Part shown: positions 22,749 through 33,053 of the stretch, piece by piece
How positions within the stretch are numbered: the first letter of the stretch is position 1
Layout: each line of letters starts with the position of its first letter
NCBI GenBank assembly: GCA_044347745.1
Contig: JBIKUD010000004.1
Coordinates: 2,132-66,131, forward strand
Length of the DNA: 64,000 nucleotides
DNA from: Bdellovibrionota bacterium
Lineage (GTDB): Bacteria > Bdellovibrionota_C > UBA2361 > JAFLCA01
Direction: 5' to 3'
Position numbers and translations under genes: made by a program
The notes under the pieces: model-generated
What the model saw: the letters and a program-made list of their open reading frames with translations, nothing else
Told to the model about the DNA's origin: nothing
The model's database searches: none

Positions 22749-23927
22749 TTAAAGTGAAATAGAGCTTTTACAATGACGGTGACAGGCTGCGAGGGTATCT
22801 CTAAGTATTTGGTCCGGGGCCACGGCGGCAATCCGTACATGCCTTTCGAATTCTGAACCAAAGTTAGTACCCGGCAAAAGAAATACTCCATCTTGCAGGG
22901 CTAGTTCCTGGCAGAAAGCCTCTGCCAAGCCAGCCTCTTTAGGCAGCTCAGCCCAAACCCCACATCCAGCTTGGGGCGCCGAGACGCTAAAACCTGCCTG
23001 GGTCAGGCCCTTTACAAGCAGCCCGCAGCGCTGTGCATATTGAGTCCTCGCGCTTGATACTAAATCGGCATTAGAAATAAGGGCTTGAGCTCCCGCAAGT
23101 TGAAGCGGCATAAAGAGCCCATAATCAAGATGTGCCTTAATGCGTGAAACACGCTCCACCATAGCAGCATCTCCAACTACGGCCCCAAGGCGCCACCCTG
23201 GAATGCTATAGGCCTTTGACAGGCTATAGATTTCTAGCGCCCTGCCAGTCAGAGCTTCACAAGAAAGCAGACTAGATGCCGGCTTTCCATCAAAACAGAG
23301 CTCTCCGTAAACAAAGTCGTTAACAATGTACGTGTCATCTTTTTTTAATATCTCTGAGAGGCGCTGCCAAAATTTAGATGAAACGGTGGCCCCTGTAGGA
23401 TTGTGAGGAAAATTACAAACACAAAGAGCAATATGGGGTTGCGCAGAAACACTCAACTCGATTGAACGGAGCGTCTCTTCCTCGGTTCCCACTGAGTAAA
23501 AGAGAGGAATAAGGCCTTGAAACTCAATCGCGCTTAGGTAAGCCGCGTAGGTTGGCTTGGGCAGGAGTACTCTGGTTCCTCTCGGGCAAAGCGCCGCGAG
23601 GGAGCATAAAAAAGCATCTTTGGCACCGAGGGTAACGCAGACTTGCGTGTCTGCGGAAACAGAGATTGAGAACTGACGTCTATAAAGATGCGCAAACCCT
23701 TCCCTAAGCTTGGCAAGTCCGCGCGCAACGGAATAGCGGTGGTTCTTTTGTTGTAAAGTTGCTTCCACCAGTCTATCAAGCAATAGCCTGGGCGGAGGAA
23801 GATCGGGGTTGATCATCGATAAGTCGATGATGCGACGTCCTGCAGCTAAAGAACTCTCCTTTAGTTGCCTTAATGTCCTAAATCGAGGAGCGTCGACCCA
23901 GTCTGTCTCAGGATTTAATTGTACCAT
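22749..23927 (-). CDS. PLP-dependent aminotransferase, class I/II
   Basis: Fold-type I aminotransferase length with SKAYSIPGWRLG (PLP-lysine region). Confidence 0.8.
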   Translation of the reverse strand: MVQLNPETDWVDAPRFRTLRQLKESSLAAGRRIIDLSMINPDLPPPRLLLDRLVEATLQQKNHRYSVARGLAKLREGFAHLYRRQFSISVSADTQVCVTLGAKDAFLCSLAALCPRGTRVLLPKPTYAAYLSAIEFQGLIPLFYSVGTEEETLRSIELSVSAQPHIALCVCNFPHNPTGATVSSKFWQRLSEILKKDDTYIVNDFVYGELCFDGKPASSLLSCEALTGRALEIYSLSKAYSIPGWRLGAVVGDAAMVERVSRIKAHLDYGLFMPLQLAGAQALISNADLVSSARTQYAQRCGLLVKGLTQAGFSVSAPQAGCGVWAELPKEAGLAEAFCQELALQDGVFLLPGTNFGSEFERHVRIAAVAPDQILRDTLAACHRHCKSSISL

Positions 23928-23979
23928 GCCAAGCCGTATCTAATATGAGCACATGAATTGAAGCTGCAATTTACAATCG

Positions 23980-25032
23980 TTGTTCCATCTTGGCAAACCA
24001 CAGCAAGTGCTCATAAGCTCAATTTCTATGCAAGCCCAGGGCACCGAACTACTTAGAGTTTTCCAGAATTCAGATACACCAGCGATTGTAATCGACCTTG
24101 CCACCAATATTTTATGGCAAAACGCTGCTGCCCGCCCGTTTACCGACCCTTCCATGTGGAAAATACTTTGGACCCCAGACCGCATCGCGGCACTCAAACA
24201 GGGACTTAGGCTTCAGGTAATGTCGTTATCAGCGATCCAGCATGCTCTCTTCACGCATAAAGTAATCGACCTTATCGATGTATCTGGTGCTGACCCCAAC
24301 GATGCGTATTATCTGCTGCGTATTCGGGTAAGTCGGAGTCAAAATCAACAGATGGAGCTTCAAACTTGGGCGCTCTCAAGTGCTGCCCATGATATGAAAA
24401 ACCCGATTGGTGCCATTTACAGTTATGCCGACACGCTTTTACACAGTAATGCTGAATTTAAACTTGAGGGGAACTCAAAACTCATAGTCCAGAAAATTAG
24501 GGTCCTCGCGAATAGATCTCTCGAATTAATTAGAAACTACCAAGCGCTCACCACTTTTTCTCTAAGAACCCCAGGAAGCCTAATCGAGAAAACAGACCTC
24601 AATCACGCAGTAATAAGTGCGGTTGAACAGATTTGCCCAGGTGAGATTGAGCAGAAAAGAACAAAGCTTGAGCTACATAACGGCCCCATACCCATCTCTA
24701 TACGCAACCTCTACGTCGAGCGAATTGTGGCTAATCTTTGCGCAAATGCACTGCGATATAGCCCCGAATTGAGCACGGTGCGAGTAATCACTGAGCTCAC
24801 GGACAAAATCGCAATTTTGCGGGTGCACAACATTGGCGTTCCCATTCCACCACACGAACAACACTCAATTTTTGAACGTGGAGTAAGAGGCAGCGGCGCC
24901 GCATCCACCTCAGGCTCGGGACTTGGGCTCTACCTTGTAAAAACAATTACGGAGGCCTACGGCGGCACTGTCTCCGTGACAAGCGACGAAGTCTCAGGAA
25001 CAGAGTTTTTGATTAGCTTTAAGCTTTCCTAG
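23980..25032 (+). CDS. Cytoplasmic sensor histidine kinase (orphan)
   Basis: H-box AHDMKNPIGAIYSYADTL, N/G1/G2 boxes (GSGLGLYLVKTITEAYGGTVSV); no TM segments, no response regulator adjacent. Confidence 0.8.
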   Translation: MFHLGKPQQVLISSISMQAQGTELLRVFQNSDTPAIVIDLATNILWQNAAARPFTDPSMWKILWTPDRIAALKQGLRLQVMSLSAIQHALFTHKVIDLIDVSGADPNDAYYLLRIRVSRSQNQQMELQTWALSSAAHDMKNPIGAIYSYADTLLHSNAEFKLEGNSKLIVQKIRVLANRSLELIRNYQALTTFSLRTPGSLIEKTDLNHAVISAVEQICPGEIEQKRTKLELHNGPIPISIRNLYVERIVANLCANALRYSPELSTVRVITELTDKIAILRVHNIGVPIPPHEQHSIFERGVRGSGAASTSGSGLGLYLVKTITEAYGGTVSVTSDEVSGTEFLISFKLS

Positions 25033-25040
25033 TCGGAGGC

Positions 25041-25550
25041 CTAGTTGGAGGGAGGAGCAACTAAGTTAAAAAAGTAAACCCCCAAGCTCAGCTTTCCCTC
25101 AACAAATATCTTATCTGAGAGCATCGCTATTTGGGGATTTAGATCTCCGCTTGCAATTTTTAAGAGGTGCTGCTCACTGAGGTGTATAGTGCAGTCTGCT
25201 GCTCCTGCCCCCTCAGACACTTGGAATCCGTCAGCATTCCACAGGACCTGATACTGCTCGCCCCTCTCTTTCAATTTTATTGCAACCGACCCAACCAGAC
25301 AGTCTTTTAACTTGGGGCTGGCTTCTTTGGCCCGCAACGGAAGCTCATCTAGAATAAGCTCTTTGGCAATTTTAAAAAAACGCTTACGGGCAATCTTAGG
25401 AGCGGAACGTTCGCTTTCTTCAACGGAGGGATCAGAAGCAGTATCCCGGGCTTGGGGTACTGCCGTTTCTTTAGCGGGCTGCTGGGCCGTCGGCTCCTGG
25501 GATTCTAATGCCTGTGCTGGGGATTCTTGTTCTGCGCCGTCGCCATTCAT
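25041..25550 (-). CDS. SCP2 (sterol-carrier-protein-2-like) domain protein with disordered N-terminus
   Basis: C-terminal SCP2-like segment (KIASGDLNPQIAMLSDKIFVEGKLSLG); N-terminal ~70 aa low-complexity. Confidence 0.5.
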   Translation of the reverse strand: MNGDGAEQESPAQALESQEPTAQQPAKETAVPQARDTASDPSVEESERSAPKIARKRFFKIAKELILDELPLRAKEASPKLKDCLVGSVAIKLKERGEQYQVLWNADGFQVSEGAGAADCTIHLSEQHLLKIASGDLNPQIAMLSDKIFVEGKLSLGVYFFNLVAPPSN

Positions 25551-25623
25551 AACTAACCTATTGTGCGTCGAAATAACGTTATTACTCTTCCACTAATTAA
25601 ACACTGGGATCATACTAGACGCA

Positions 25624-26232
25624 ATGTCTGAGCCTCACATTATAGCCCTAACGGGGTCAATTGGCAGCGGAAAATCGACCGTGGCTACTTTCTTTGAAGA
25701 ATGGGGAGCCACTTTGGTGGATGCCGACGCTATTGCCCGCGAAGTGGTAGCTCCTGGAAGCCCAGGGTTAGCTGAAATTACAAACATATTTGGCACTGGC
25801 TTTATAAAGCCAGACGGTACTTTAGACAGAAAGGCCCTCGGCGCCCGTGTGTTCTCTGACCCAAAAGAGCGAGACAAACTTGAAGCAATTCTACATCCAC
25901 GTATTAAAGCCCGTACTCAGGAACTTTTTCGTGAAGCTACGAAAAAAGGCGCCAAAATGATTGTACACGTGGTCCCACTGCTTTTTGAAAAGGGGCTCGA
26001 TCTTTCACGTTATCATGCAATCGTAAGTATTTATGCTCCTGATTCTTTACTTATTCAGCGGATTCTAGCTCGTGATGGGTGTACTGAAAAAGAAGCATTG
26101 GCGCGGCTCGCTAGCCAACTTCCAAGCGCTGAAAAGGTGAAACGAAGCACGCACTCGATTTGCAACGACGGTGACAAAGAGCAGCTTAAAGAGCGTTCAA
26201 AACTCGTCTTCGACCTTATCGGTAGAAATTAA
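25624..26232 (+). CDS. coaE: Dephospho-CoA kinase
   Basis: IIALTGSIGSGKST P-loop at N-terminus, 202 aa. Confidence 0.85.
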   Translation: MSEPHIIALTGSIGSGKSTVATFFEEWGATLVDADAIAREVVAPGSPGLAEITNIFGTGFIKPDGTLDRKALGARVFSDPKERDKLEAILHPRIKARTQELFREATKKGAKMIVHVVPLLFEKGLDLSRYHAIVSIYAPDSLLIQRILARDGCTEKEALARLASQLPSAEKVKRSTHSICNDGDKEQLKERSKLVFDLIGRN

Positions 26233-26275
26233 CCTTTACATTGGTTTTGTAAGCTGAGAGAAAGAACAAGGGCAT

Positions 26276-27862
26276 ATGCAAGTTGAAAAGCAAGAAATTG
26301 AACAGATCTCTATAATTGAGGGGCAATTTTCCGCCTCTGAAATAAGCCCAATCGCAAAAGCGCCGCCAATTCAGCAAAAGATCCTCCAGTTCGTTATCTT
26401 CTCTGTCCTGATTATGAGCCCCTTCGCCTTTGGTGCAGTACACGAAACTGTGTATTTGCCGCTTTGTGCACTCATCTTTTTTGGGCTTTGTGCGCTAATT
26501 ATCACAGGGCGCGGCGCTGTACTGAGCCTCCAAGACTACCCGGCAAGCACCGTAAGCCTTGGAACACTCGGCGCGTTTCTCTGCTACTGCGCTTTTCAGA
26601 GTCTCTTCCTCTCAGTTACCAGCGCCTCCCATCCAATCCAGGGGCTGTCATCCCAGCTGCTCGATGCAAGTGGCACCACCCGGGGTCTTCTCGTTCTTGC
26701 AGCTTCAATCACGCTTTGTTTCCTCGTCTCTACGCTATTTCAGGCGCAATCGAGCCTAGTGAGCTTTTTCTTAAAACTAATCAAATGGACTTCTTTCGGA
26801 GTTGCTTTGGTTGGTCTTAGTCACTGGTATTATGACAACGGTAAATTGTTTTGGTATTTTGAGCCTCAACATGTTTTTGTGAGTGAGCGCGCCCGGTGGC
26901 CATTCGTTAATGCAAACCATTTGGGCACATTTTTACTACCGGCTTTTTTTCTATTTCTCTCTGCGCTGTACTCGCAATTACAAGAAATTAGCAATTCTGC
27001 GGCAAAACGGGGCCGAATTAAAATTGGCCCCGCACTCTCTCAAATAGCTAGCAGCTCCAAAGGACAGACTCGCCTCGTGAGAGTCTTCGTGAATGGTGCA
27101 GCACTACTTACTATCACAATTACTATTATAGCCACCCTCTCTCGAGGGACCTGGGCAGGCCTGGCTGTTGGCATCGCCTTTTGGTATCTGGGAGCTCTTC
27201 ACTCTCCTAAGCCAGAGAAGGAGGCTGCTCTCAGACAGTCTCCTTCGCGCTCAGGTCGGCACAAGCGCAAAAGCCGCGGAGATGATTTCCAGTCTGTACT
27301 GTCAGCATTACGCCGCCTGAATCGCCCTCTCGTTGGGGCCTTTCTTGCGCTGCTTTTAGTATTTTTCCTGAATGAACGAGGCCGTGAATTGCTGATTAAC
27401 CGCTTGGACTTTGGGCTGATGCATTCAAAAGATGATATTCGTTGGCAAATGTATCAGGACAGCATGCCGCTATTTACCGATCATCCGCTTTTTGGAGTTG
27501 GGTACCGCTCGTGGGCAGAAAATTACCCCAAAGTCATGGATGAAAAACTTGCTGGCACGAATCCAGTTTACCTTCACTCCGATCCACTGCAAATTTTAAT
27601 CGAAACGGGTCTTATCGGTATTACGCCGCTGGTCCTTTTATCATTTTACCTTTTATTGCGAGCCCATCGCTGCGCACGTAAACTTCTTCAGACAACCAAT
27701 TATTTAGCCGGAGCCAGGATATTAGGATTAAGTTCTGGGCTCTTGGCGGCGCTTATTGGCTCCTGCTTCGACTTTCCGTTCCGCATGGGCGCAATATCGT
27801 TCTATTTTGCTGCCCTCTTAGGAACCCTTGCGTTTTACCTAGACAAACAACAGTCGACATAA
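26276..27862 (+). CDS. O-antigen ligase family (Wzy_C domain) polytopic membrane protein (WaaL / Wzy / PglL-type not distinguishable)
   Basis: ~12 TM helices, large periplasmic loop and Wzy_C-like region (RGTWAGLAVGIAFWYL...); basic cytoplasmic loop. Confidence 0.65.
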   Translation: MQVEKQEIEQISIIEGQFSASEISPIAKAPPIQQKILQFVIFSVLIMSPFAFGAVHETVYLPLCALIFFGLCALIITGRGAVLSLQDYPASTVSLGTLGAFLCYCAFQSLFLSVTSASHPIQGLSSQLLDASGTTRGLLVLAASITLCFLVSTLFQAQSSLVSFFLKLIKWTSFGVALVGLSHWYYDNGKLFWYFEPQHVFVSERARWPFVNANHLGTFLLPAFFLFLSALYSQLQEISNSAAKRGRIKIGPALSQIASSSKGQTRLVRVFVNGAALLTITITIIATLSRGTWAGLAVGIAFWYLGALHSPKPEKEAALRQSPSRSGRHKRKSRGDDFQSVLSALRRLNRPLVGAFLALLLVFFLNERGRELLINRLDFGLMHSKDDIRWQMYQDSMPLFTDHPLFGVGYRSWAENYPKVMDEKLAGTNPVYLHSDPLQILIETGLIGITPLVLLSFYLLLRAHRCARKLLQTTNYLAGARILGLSSGLLAALIGSCFDFPFRMGAISFYFAALLGTLAFYLDKQQST

Positions 27863-28104
27863 TTTACATAAATCTACGAGACCTGCACCTAATCGGCCTC
27901 TTTCATCATCGTTTCTAATGGACCTGAAGTATCTGGGAAAACTCGGCCTTTAGGTGATTGGGTATCTATCCGATTTTTCCCCTGAGGTGCTTCTCACAAG
28001 AGGAAAACTGAAGTCTGGTGCTTTTACTTGCGGAAGCTTCCAGCTACAATTCAAGAGCTTCCTTGTAACAAAGCACCGTGTATCGACTGCCAGGATATTT
28101 GGAT

Positions 28105-28584
28105 ATGAAGATGAGAGCTTTTGTAAAACCAGTTCTAATTGCCTCTTCTCTGCTTGCGGCTTGCTCGTCAGCCTTTGCTGAAGAACTAACCATTCAAGAC
28201 ACGAGCGGTTTTACGCGCTCGGCTGCGGAAATTGATGGCAGTACGCAAGTTGATTTTGCATTGGTAAATGGAGCTGGAGCCGCGGCTGATGGCATCGCTG
28301 TTACCCTTACAAATGCCACCACGGGAGAAGTGCTCACCGCTACATCAATTAATGGGATAGCAAGTTTTCAAGGAGTTACCGCAGGAGTGTGGACCGTAGC
28401 AACAACATCAGCTGGTATCACATTCACCTCAGTTTCTGTTGTTGGCGCTGTTGCAATGGGTGGAGCAACACTCACATCCACTCTCATCGGCGGAGCAGCG
28501 GTGGTAGGCGGCGGCACTGCCGCAGCGATTGCAATAACTGACTCAAACAATGACGATAACGACGAGCTCTCCCCCGCAGATTAA
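28105..28584 (+). CDS. Hypothetical lipoprotein, Ala/Gly/Thr-rich with acidic tail
   Basis: MKMRAFVKPVLIASSLLAAC lipobox; low-complexity beta-rich body; DSNNDDNDE tail. Confidence 0.45.
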   Translation: MKMRAFVKPVLIASSLLAACSSAFAEELTIQDTSGFTRSAAEIDGSTQVDFALVNGAGAAADGIAVTLTNATTGEVLTATSINGIASFQGVTAGVWTVATTSAGITFTSVSVVGAVAMGGATLTSTLIGGAAVVGGGTAAAIAITDSNNDDNDELSPAD

Positions 28585-28660
28585 AGCGCCATTCTTAATT
28601 TCTTAATTTGCCAAGACGGTTTACGGTTGCCAAATTCCTTCAAGGTGGCAAACTGGGCCC

Positions 28661-29815
28661 ATGGAAGTTAGACCCTATCAGCAGTGCACCGCCTGCGTCA
28701 TGGATACCTCAGATTGTGACATCAGCTTCGATGCCTGCGGAGTCTGCAATCACCATCTCGAATATTTACAAAAATCTCGCTATGCCTGCTCCCCAGAAGA
28801 CAGGACTCGTAAACTCGAGGCCGCTGCCGCACGTATTCGTGAAAGCAGAGGTGCCAAGCAGTATGACTGTGTACTCGGTTTAAGTGGTGGGCTTGACAGC
28901 TCCTATTTGGCTCTACTTGCCCATAGATTAGGGCTTCGCCCCCTCGCTATCCATCTCGACAATGGTTGGAATTCAGAGTTGGCTGTCGACAACATTCAGA
29001 AAATTGTTCAAAAACTCAAATTAGATTTAAAAACGGTAGTCCTTGACTGGGAGACTTTTCGAGAGCTGCAACTTGCTTTCCTTAAAGCATCGGTTGCTAA
29101 TGTTGAAGTACCCACGGATCACGCAATTTTTGCATCGTTGTATCGTAGTGCGGCTGCCGAGGGACTTCAGTTCGTCCTGAGCGGCAACAACATTGCCACT
29201 GAGTCAATCCTCCCGCCTTCCTGGGGTTACAATTTTATGGATTTGCGCCACATTAAATCCATCCACCACCGCTTCGCCAAGCGGCCTCTTGGCGACTACC
29301 CCACACTCTCATTGCCCCGTTATTTGTACTACCGCTACCTAAAGCGAATTCAGAAAATACCGCTGCTTAATTATGTAGACTTTAATAAAAAAATTGCTAT
29401 CCAAGAACTACAGTCAGAGTTTGGATGGCGCGACTACGGATGTAAACATGGAGAATCGAGGTTCACCAGATTTTTCCAAGGCTATATTCTGCCGAAAAAG
29501 TTTGGCTTCGATAAACGACGTGCACACTACTCTTCGCTTATTGTTTCGGGTCAGATGACCAGGGGCGAAGCGTTAGAGCTTTTAAAATACCCCCCGCTTG
29601 CTGAAACAGAACTGAACATCGAAAGGCAATATGTACTAAAAAAACTCGAGCTTTCTGAGCAAGAATTTACTGAAATAATGAAACAAGCTCCCAAACGCGC
29701 CGAAGAATACCCATCGAATGCCGGGCTTTTAAAAATTTTCGCACAACTTAAGCGGGAAAAACTTCAGAAAAATCTTGGATCGTATGTCCCTCAAATCGAT
29801 CAAGCTTCCCTTTAG
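28661..29815 (+). CDS. N-acetyl sugar amidotransferase, WbuX/WbpG/PseA family (PP-loop ATPase), paralogue 1
   Basis: N-terminal 4-Cys cluster (CTAC...CGVCNHH), PP-loop LGLSGGLDSSY, ~62% aa identity to the ORF at 48340-49488. Confidence 0.8.
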   Translation: MEVRPYQQCTACVMDTSDCDISFDACGVCNHHLEYLQKSRYACSPEDRTRKLEAAAARIRESRGAKQYDCVLGLSGGLDSSYLALLAHRLGLRPLAIHLDNGWNSELAVDNIQKIVQKLKLDLKTVVLDWETFRELQLAFLKASVANVEVPTDHAIFASLYRSAAAEGLQFVLSGNNIATESILPPSWGYNFMDLRHIKSIHHRFAKRPLGDYPTLSLPRYLYYRYLKRIQKIPLLNYVDFNKKIAIQELQSEFGWRDYGCKHGESRFTRFFQGYILPKKFGFDKRRAHYSSLIVSGQMTRGEALELLKYPPLAETELNIERQYVLKKLELSEQEFTEIMKQAPKRAEEYPSNAGLLKIFAQLKREKLQKNLGSYVPQIDQASL

Positions 29816-32800
29816 AGAGGAACCGCCTCAGGTTTTTCCAAGTCTTTGGGGCTTGGTGGCTGCTATTGTTCTGTTAATTTGGTTTGTGAGTCCCAGCTTC
29901 TGGACTGCCATTAATAACGAACGCCTCATTTTCAGTTTTGATTCAGATGAGGCGACCCATGTTCGCTTGCTCCGGGACGCACTCATCAATCAAAGCCTTA
30001 ACTTTAACTTTCATGGATACGGGCATCTCTTTTTTAATGTTGCCTACGTAATTGCGCGGGGAACAGAACTTTTGTTGGGTCCTGTTGCAGACCAAACCCT
30101 TATTCAAATCCTGCGAGCCGTGTCTTTAAGCGGCGGAATTTTTTGTCTTCTGGCCGTTTTTTTTCTCGCGCGTCGTTTTTTTGGGGCCTGGCAGGCAGGT
30201 CTTGCTCCGCTTTTTTTGGTGATCTTCTGTGCTGAATTTCGGGCATATTCAGGCATTTCGCATCCCGACACCCTGCAATTAGCACTCACAGTGCTGACTC
30301 TATTTTGGTGCCTGAGTGCGCTCGATAGAAAAAATTTGTTTTTTACACTTGTAACCGCAACTATCTTCGCAGGTCTTACTTTTGTTACAAAATACTCAGG
30401 CCTGTTTTTGCTACCAATTATCTTTCTGTGCGCCTGGAGTCGTCGCGGAGAGCTCCCGACATGGAGGTTTATAGTTCCGGGAACAAGGCTCGTTTTGGCA
30501 GTTTTGGGACTTTGCGGTGTTGTCGTTTCGGTTACCCTTGGCTGGCACCTTTCTGCTGAAACTATTCTTAATTTTTTTAAGCCTGGAGATGCGTTAACTC
30601 CCAACGAACAACACATATTTAATTTGCTCCACCTTGGACTAAAAGTTGTCATAGTTCCTGGACTTGCCTTTGCTGGCGCCAGTCTATGGAACCCCCAAGG
30701 ACGAGCCCCAGCCGCTGCAGTTTACCGATTTATGGGGATAGCCATTCTTCTCAGCGCCATCTTTATACTTACTATTCCTCTGTTTTCTCCCTATCTTTTA
30801 GTTCATGGAAGATTATTAAAAGGCATGTTGGCTGAAAGCCTGCATGTCTCTTTTGGGCATGGCTTTAAGGTTCACAGCTCGGCCTTCGAATGGTTCACCA
30901 TTTTATATTCTCCTTTCGGCATAGGCTCGCTGAGTAGCTTACTTTTATTGTTCTCTTTAATGGGCGAGCAATTTTGGAAAAAACGCCCGCTGCCTGGCTT
31001 CAGTCCCCAACAGATCTTGTGGATCTGGATACTCGGATATTTTTCCTACTTATTTTTCAAAGTGAACTACCGAGAAGCAAGATATTTGCTCCCTCTGGTA
31101 CCCGCCTGCTTTCTGCTGGCTAGCGACCTGCTTGCAAAGATCCTCAATCAGGGGGGACTTCGAAGAAGCTTTTGTGCGCTCGGCATCTTTGTGATTCTCC
31201 TCAGTCAAATTCCTCAACTTAAAGCAGAGAGACAGCGACTAGCGAACAGAGAGGCTAATTCAGTAGCACTTACATTTGCCCTTAAAAATCTTTCTGGGGT
31301 TCCAAAGGAGTCGCGCATAGGTTTTGACGCTTTTGTCTACGTGCCCCCGGAGTTTCAGAAGGCGTATTTTGAATGGCGCTGGTCAGAAGCTCGTATGAAG
31401 GAGCTACAAATCGAGTACTTCATTTTAAACCAAGACGTAGCCGCTCAATATAAAGATCCATCGCGTGCAGTTGATTTTTATTGGGGAGAGGCGCGATTTA
31501 TGGAAGTGCATCACTTCTATAAGAGGCTAGAATCGGGCGCTCTAGGGTTTCAGGAGATAAGCCGCAGTAAAAATCTAATTCTGTATCAGCGCACTGCCAT
31601 GTCTGAAGGAACTCCTCAGCCAAAAAATTCTTCGATACCAGAGGCGTCAACCTTAGACAATTCGGCACTCGACACGCGCCTTTCGCAGCAAATAGAGCGA
31701 ATTTTATCGAGTCGCGATTTTAGTTCACCTGAATCGCTGTGTGATGCTCAGTATGTGCTTATGCTTCCCGCACTTGCAGCTTTTTCTCTTAATCTACCTG
31801 AAAGTAAACAGGTTTTTTGGTTTTACCTCAAGCGAGCTCTTAGCCAAACTCGAACTCTCGAGCAAATCCGCCTTGCTCATGTGAAACGGAGTTACCGAGT
31901 TGACCCATTTTTACTCGATGTTACCCAAAGTGGCCCAGACCAAAGAAGGATTTTTCCATTTGTTCAAAATAGAATTATGTTCCGAGTGCCGCACACTAAA
32001 ACCGGCATTCCTGTTGCAGAAGTAACTGAACAGCCCCTATGCCAACTTCAGTTTTCTTATCTTTTGTCGTTTGTGATGCGACTGACCAGCGCCGAGTCTA
32101 AAACCACACCAGACTCAATACAATTTCTTAATGAAGCATATTCATTTCTTCTAAATGACCTCGTTATTCCATATTGGACTAGTGTTGCTGCCTGGCACTG
32201 GCAAGGTTTTTTTCCAAATATGCGCGAGGCTGTAATAGCGCGCCTCGACTTTATTCATCATAAAAATTTAATAAGCCCTACGTATTATCGTGCCTTTTAT
32301 GATATGGATTTTTTTACGATGGCAATTGCTGCTGATTTGCTTGCAGCAAAAAAAATTTTTGCTCTTTCGAAAGAGCAAGAGACGCAACTCTACGATATTC
32401 AATCCCTTACGCGACGCATGTTTGAAGCCAGGCTTGAGCCGGGTCTTGGATTTCTCTTTCAAAAAGGTATTTGGACTGAGCACCAAGAGTATCAATATGC
32501 GCTTTGCGAGATAGGTCAATCGTTACCAGATACGCCTTGTCCCGACCCACAGCAGGCACCCGACTCAAATCATGCCGAGCGACTTCCCTGGTGGCTACTT
32601 AGTTTTGAATCCTCATTCGAACCCGATTCGGAAGGGGCAAAATATTATCAACATCTTCAAAAACGCCTAGCACACCAATTGGCAGAATCAGTGCTTGACT
32701 GGTCAGCTCAGTTCCCTCGGCTCACCAATTTTATGGACGGAAAAAATGGTTGGTATCGGGTACGCTACAATGGAAGAAATTGGGGCTATGGTCCATTTGC

Positions 32801-33053
32801 ACTCTCTCACGCGGCAAAATGGTTTTCATGGTCCCCGCTAGGGAAATTTGACAATCGAATTACTCAATTTCATGACAAACTTTGTAACCTGATACATACA
32901 AAAGACCGAGCTTCAATTGCTTTTAGAACTGCCTACTACGGCAATCCCGTACAACCTAAACTTTATGGCCTTGGCACAGAAGACGATATCGGGACGAACC
33001 CCCTATACCCCCTTTATTGCGATCTTTGGACGCGCCTGACTTTTTTGCGTTGA
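29775..33053 (+). CDS. Large membrane glycosyltransferase-like protein: N-terminal GT-C fold domain (ArnT/PMT-like) fused to ~590-aa C-terminal domain of unknown function
   Basis: ~13 predicted TM helices in first ~500 aa with acidic loop-1 motif FDSDEATH after TM1; remainder hydrophilic with no motif I recognise. Confidence 0.65.
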   Translation: MDRMSLKSIKLPFREEPPQVFPSLWGLVAAIVLLIWFVSPSFWTAINNERLIFSFDSDEATHVRLLRDALINQSLNFNFHGYGHLFFNVAYVIARGTELLLGPVADQTLIQILRAVSLSGGIFCLLAVFFLARRFFGAWQAGLAPLFLVIFCAEFRAYSGISHPDTLQLALTVLTLFWCLSALDRKNLFFTLVTATIFAGLTFVTKYSGLFLLPIIFLCAWSRRGELPTWRFIVPGTRLVLAVLGLCGVVVSVTLGWHLSAETILNFFKPGDALTPNEQHIFNLLHLGLKVVIVPGLAFAGASLWNPQGRAPAAAVYRFMGIAILLSAIFILTIPLFSPYLLVHGRLLKGMLAESLHVSFGHGFKVHSSAFEWFTILYSPFGIGSLSSLLLLFSLMGEQFWKKRPLPGFSPQQILWIWILGYFSYLFFKVNYREARYLLPLVPACFLLASDLLAKILNQGGLRRSFCALGIFVILLSQIPQLKAERQRLANREANSVALTFALKNLSGVPKESRIGFDAFVYVPPEFQKAYFEWRWSEARMKELQIEYFILNQDVAAQYKDPSRAVDFYWGEARFMEVHHFYKRLESGALGFQEISRSKNLILYQRTAMSEGTPQPKNSSIPEASTLDNSALDTRLSQQIERILSSRDFSSPESLCDAQYVLMLPALAAFSLNLPESKQVFWFYLKRALSQTRTLEQIRLAHVKRSYRVDPFLLDVTQSGPDQRRIFPFVQNRIMFRVPHTKTGIPVAEVTEQPLCQLQFSYLLSFVMRLTSAESKTTPDSIQFLNEAYSFLLNDLVIPYWTSVAAWHWQGFFPNMREAVIARLDFIHHKNLISPTYYRAFYDMDFFTMAIAADLLAAKKIFALSKEQETQLYDIQSLTRRMFEARLEPGLGFLFQKGIWTEHQEYQYALCEIGQSLPDTPCPDPQQAPDSNHAERLPWWLLSFESSFEPDSEGAKYYQHLQKRLAHQLAESVLDWSAQFPRLTNFMDGKNGWYRVRYNGRNWGYGPFALSHAAKWFSWSPLGKFDNRITQFHDKLCNLIHTKDRASIAFRTAYYGNPVQPKLYGLGTEDDIGTNPLYPLYCDLWTRLTFLR

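Noticed and set aside
30104-30652. 182-aa antisense ORF inside the GT-C gene, and many other antisense ORFs in the track (e.g. 8232-8720, 8428-8769, 36300-36659, 50657-51220)
   Set aside because: They lie entirely within well-supported genes on the opposite strand, have biased low-complexity composition and no motifs, and are typical shadow ORFs.
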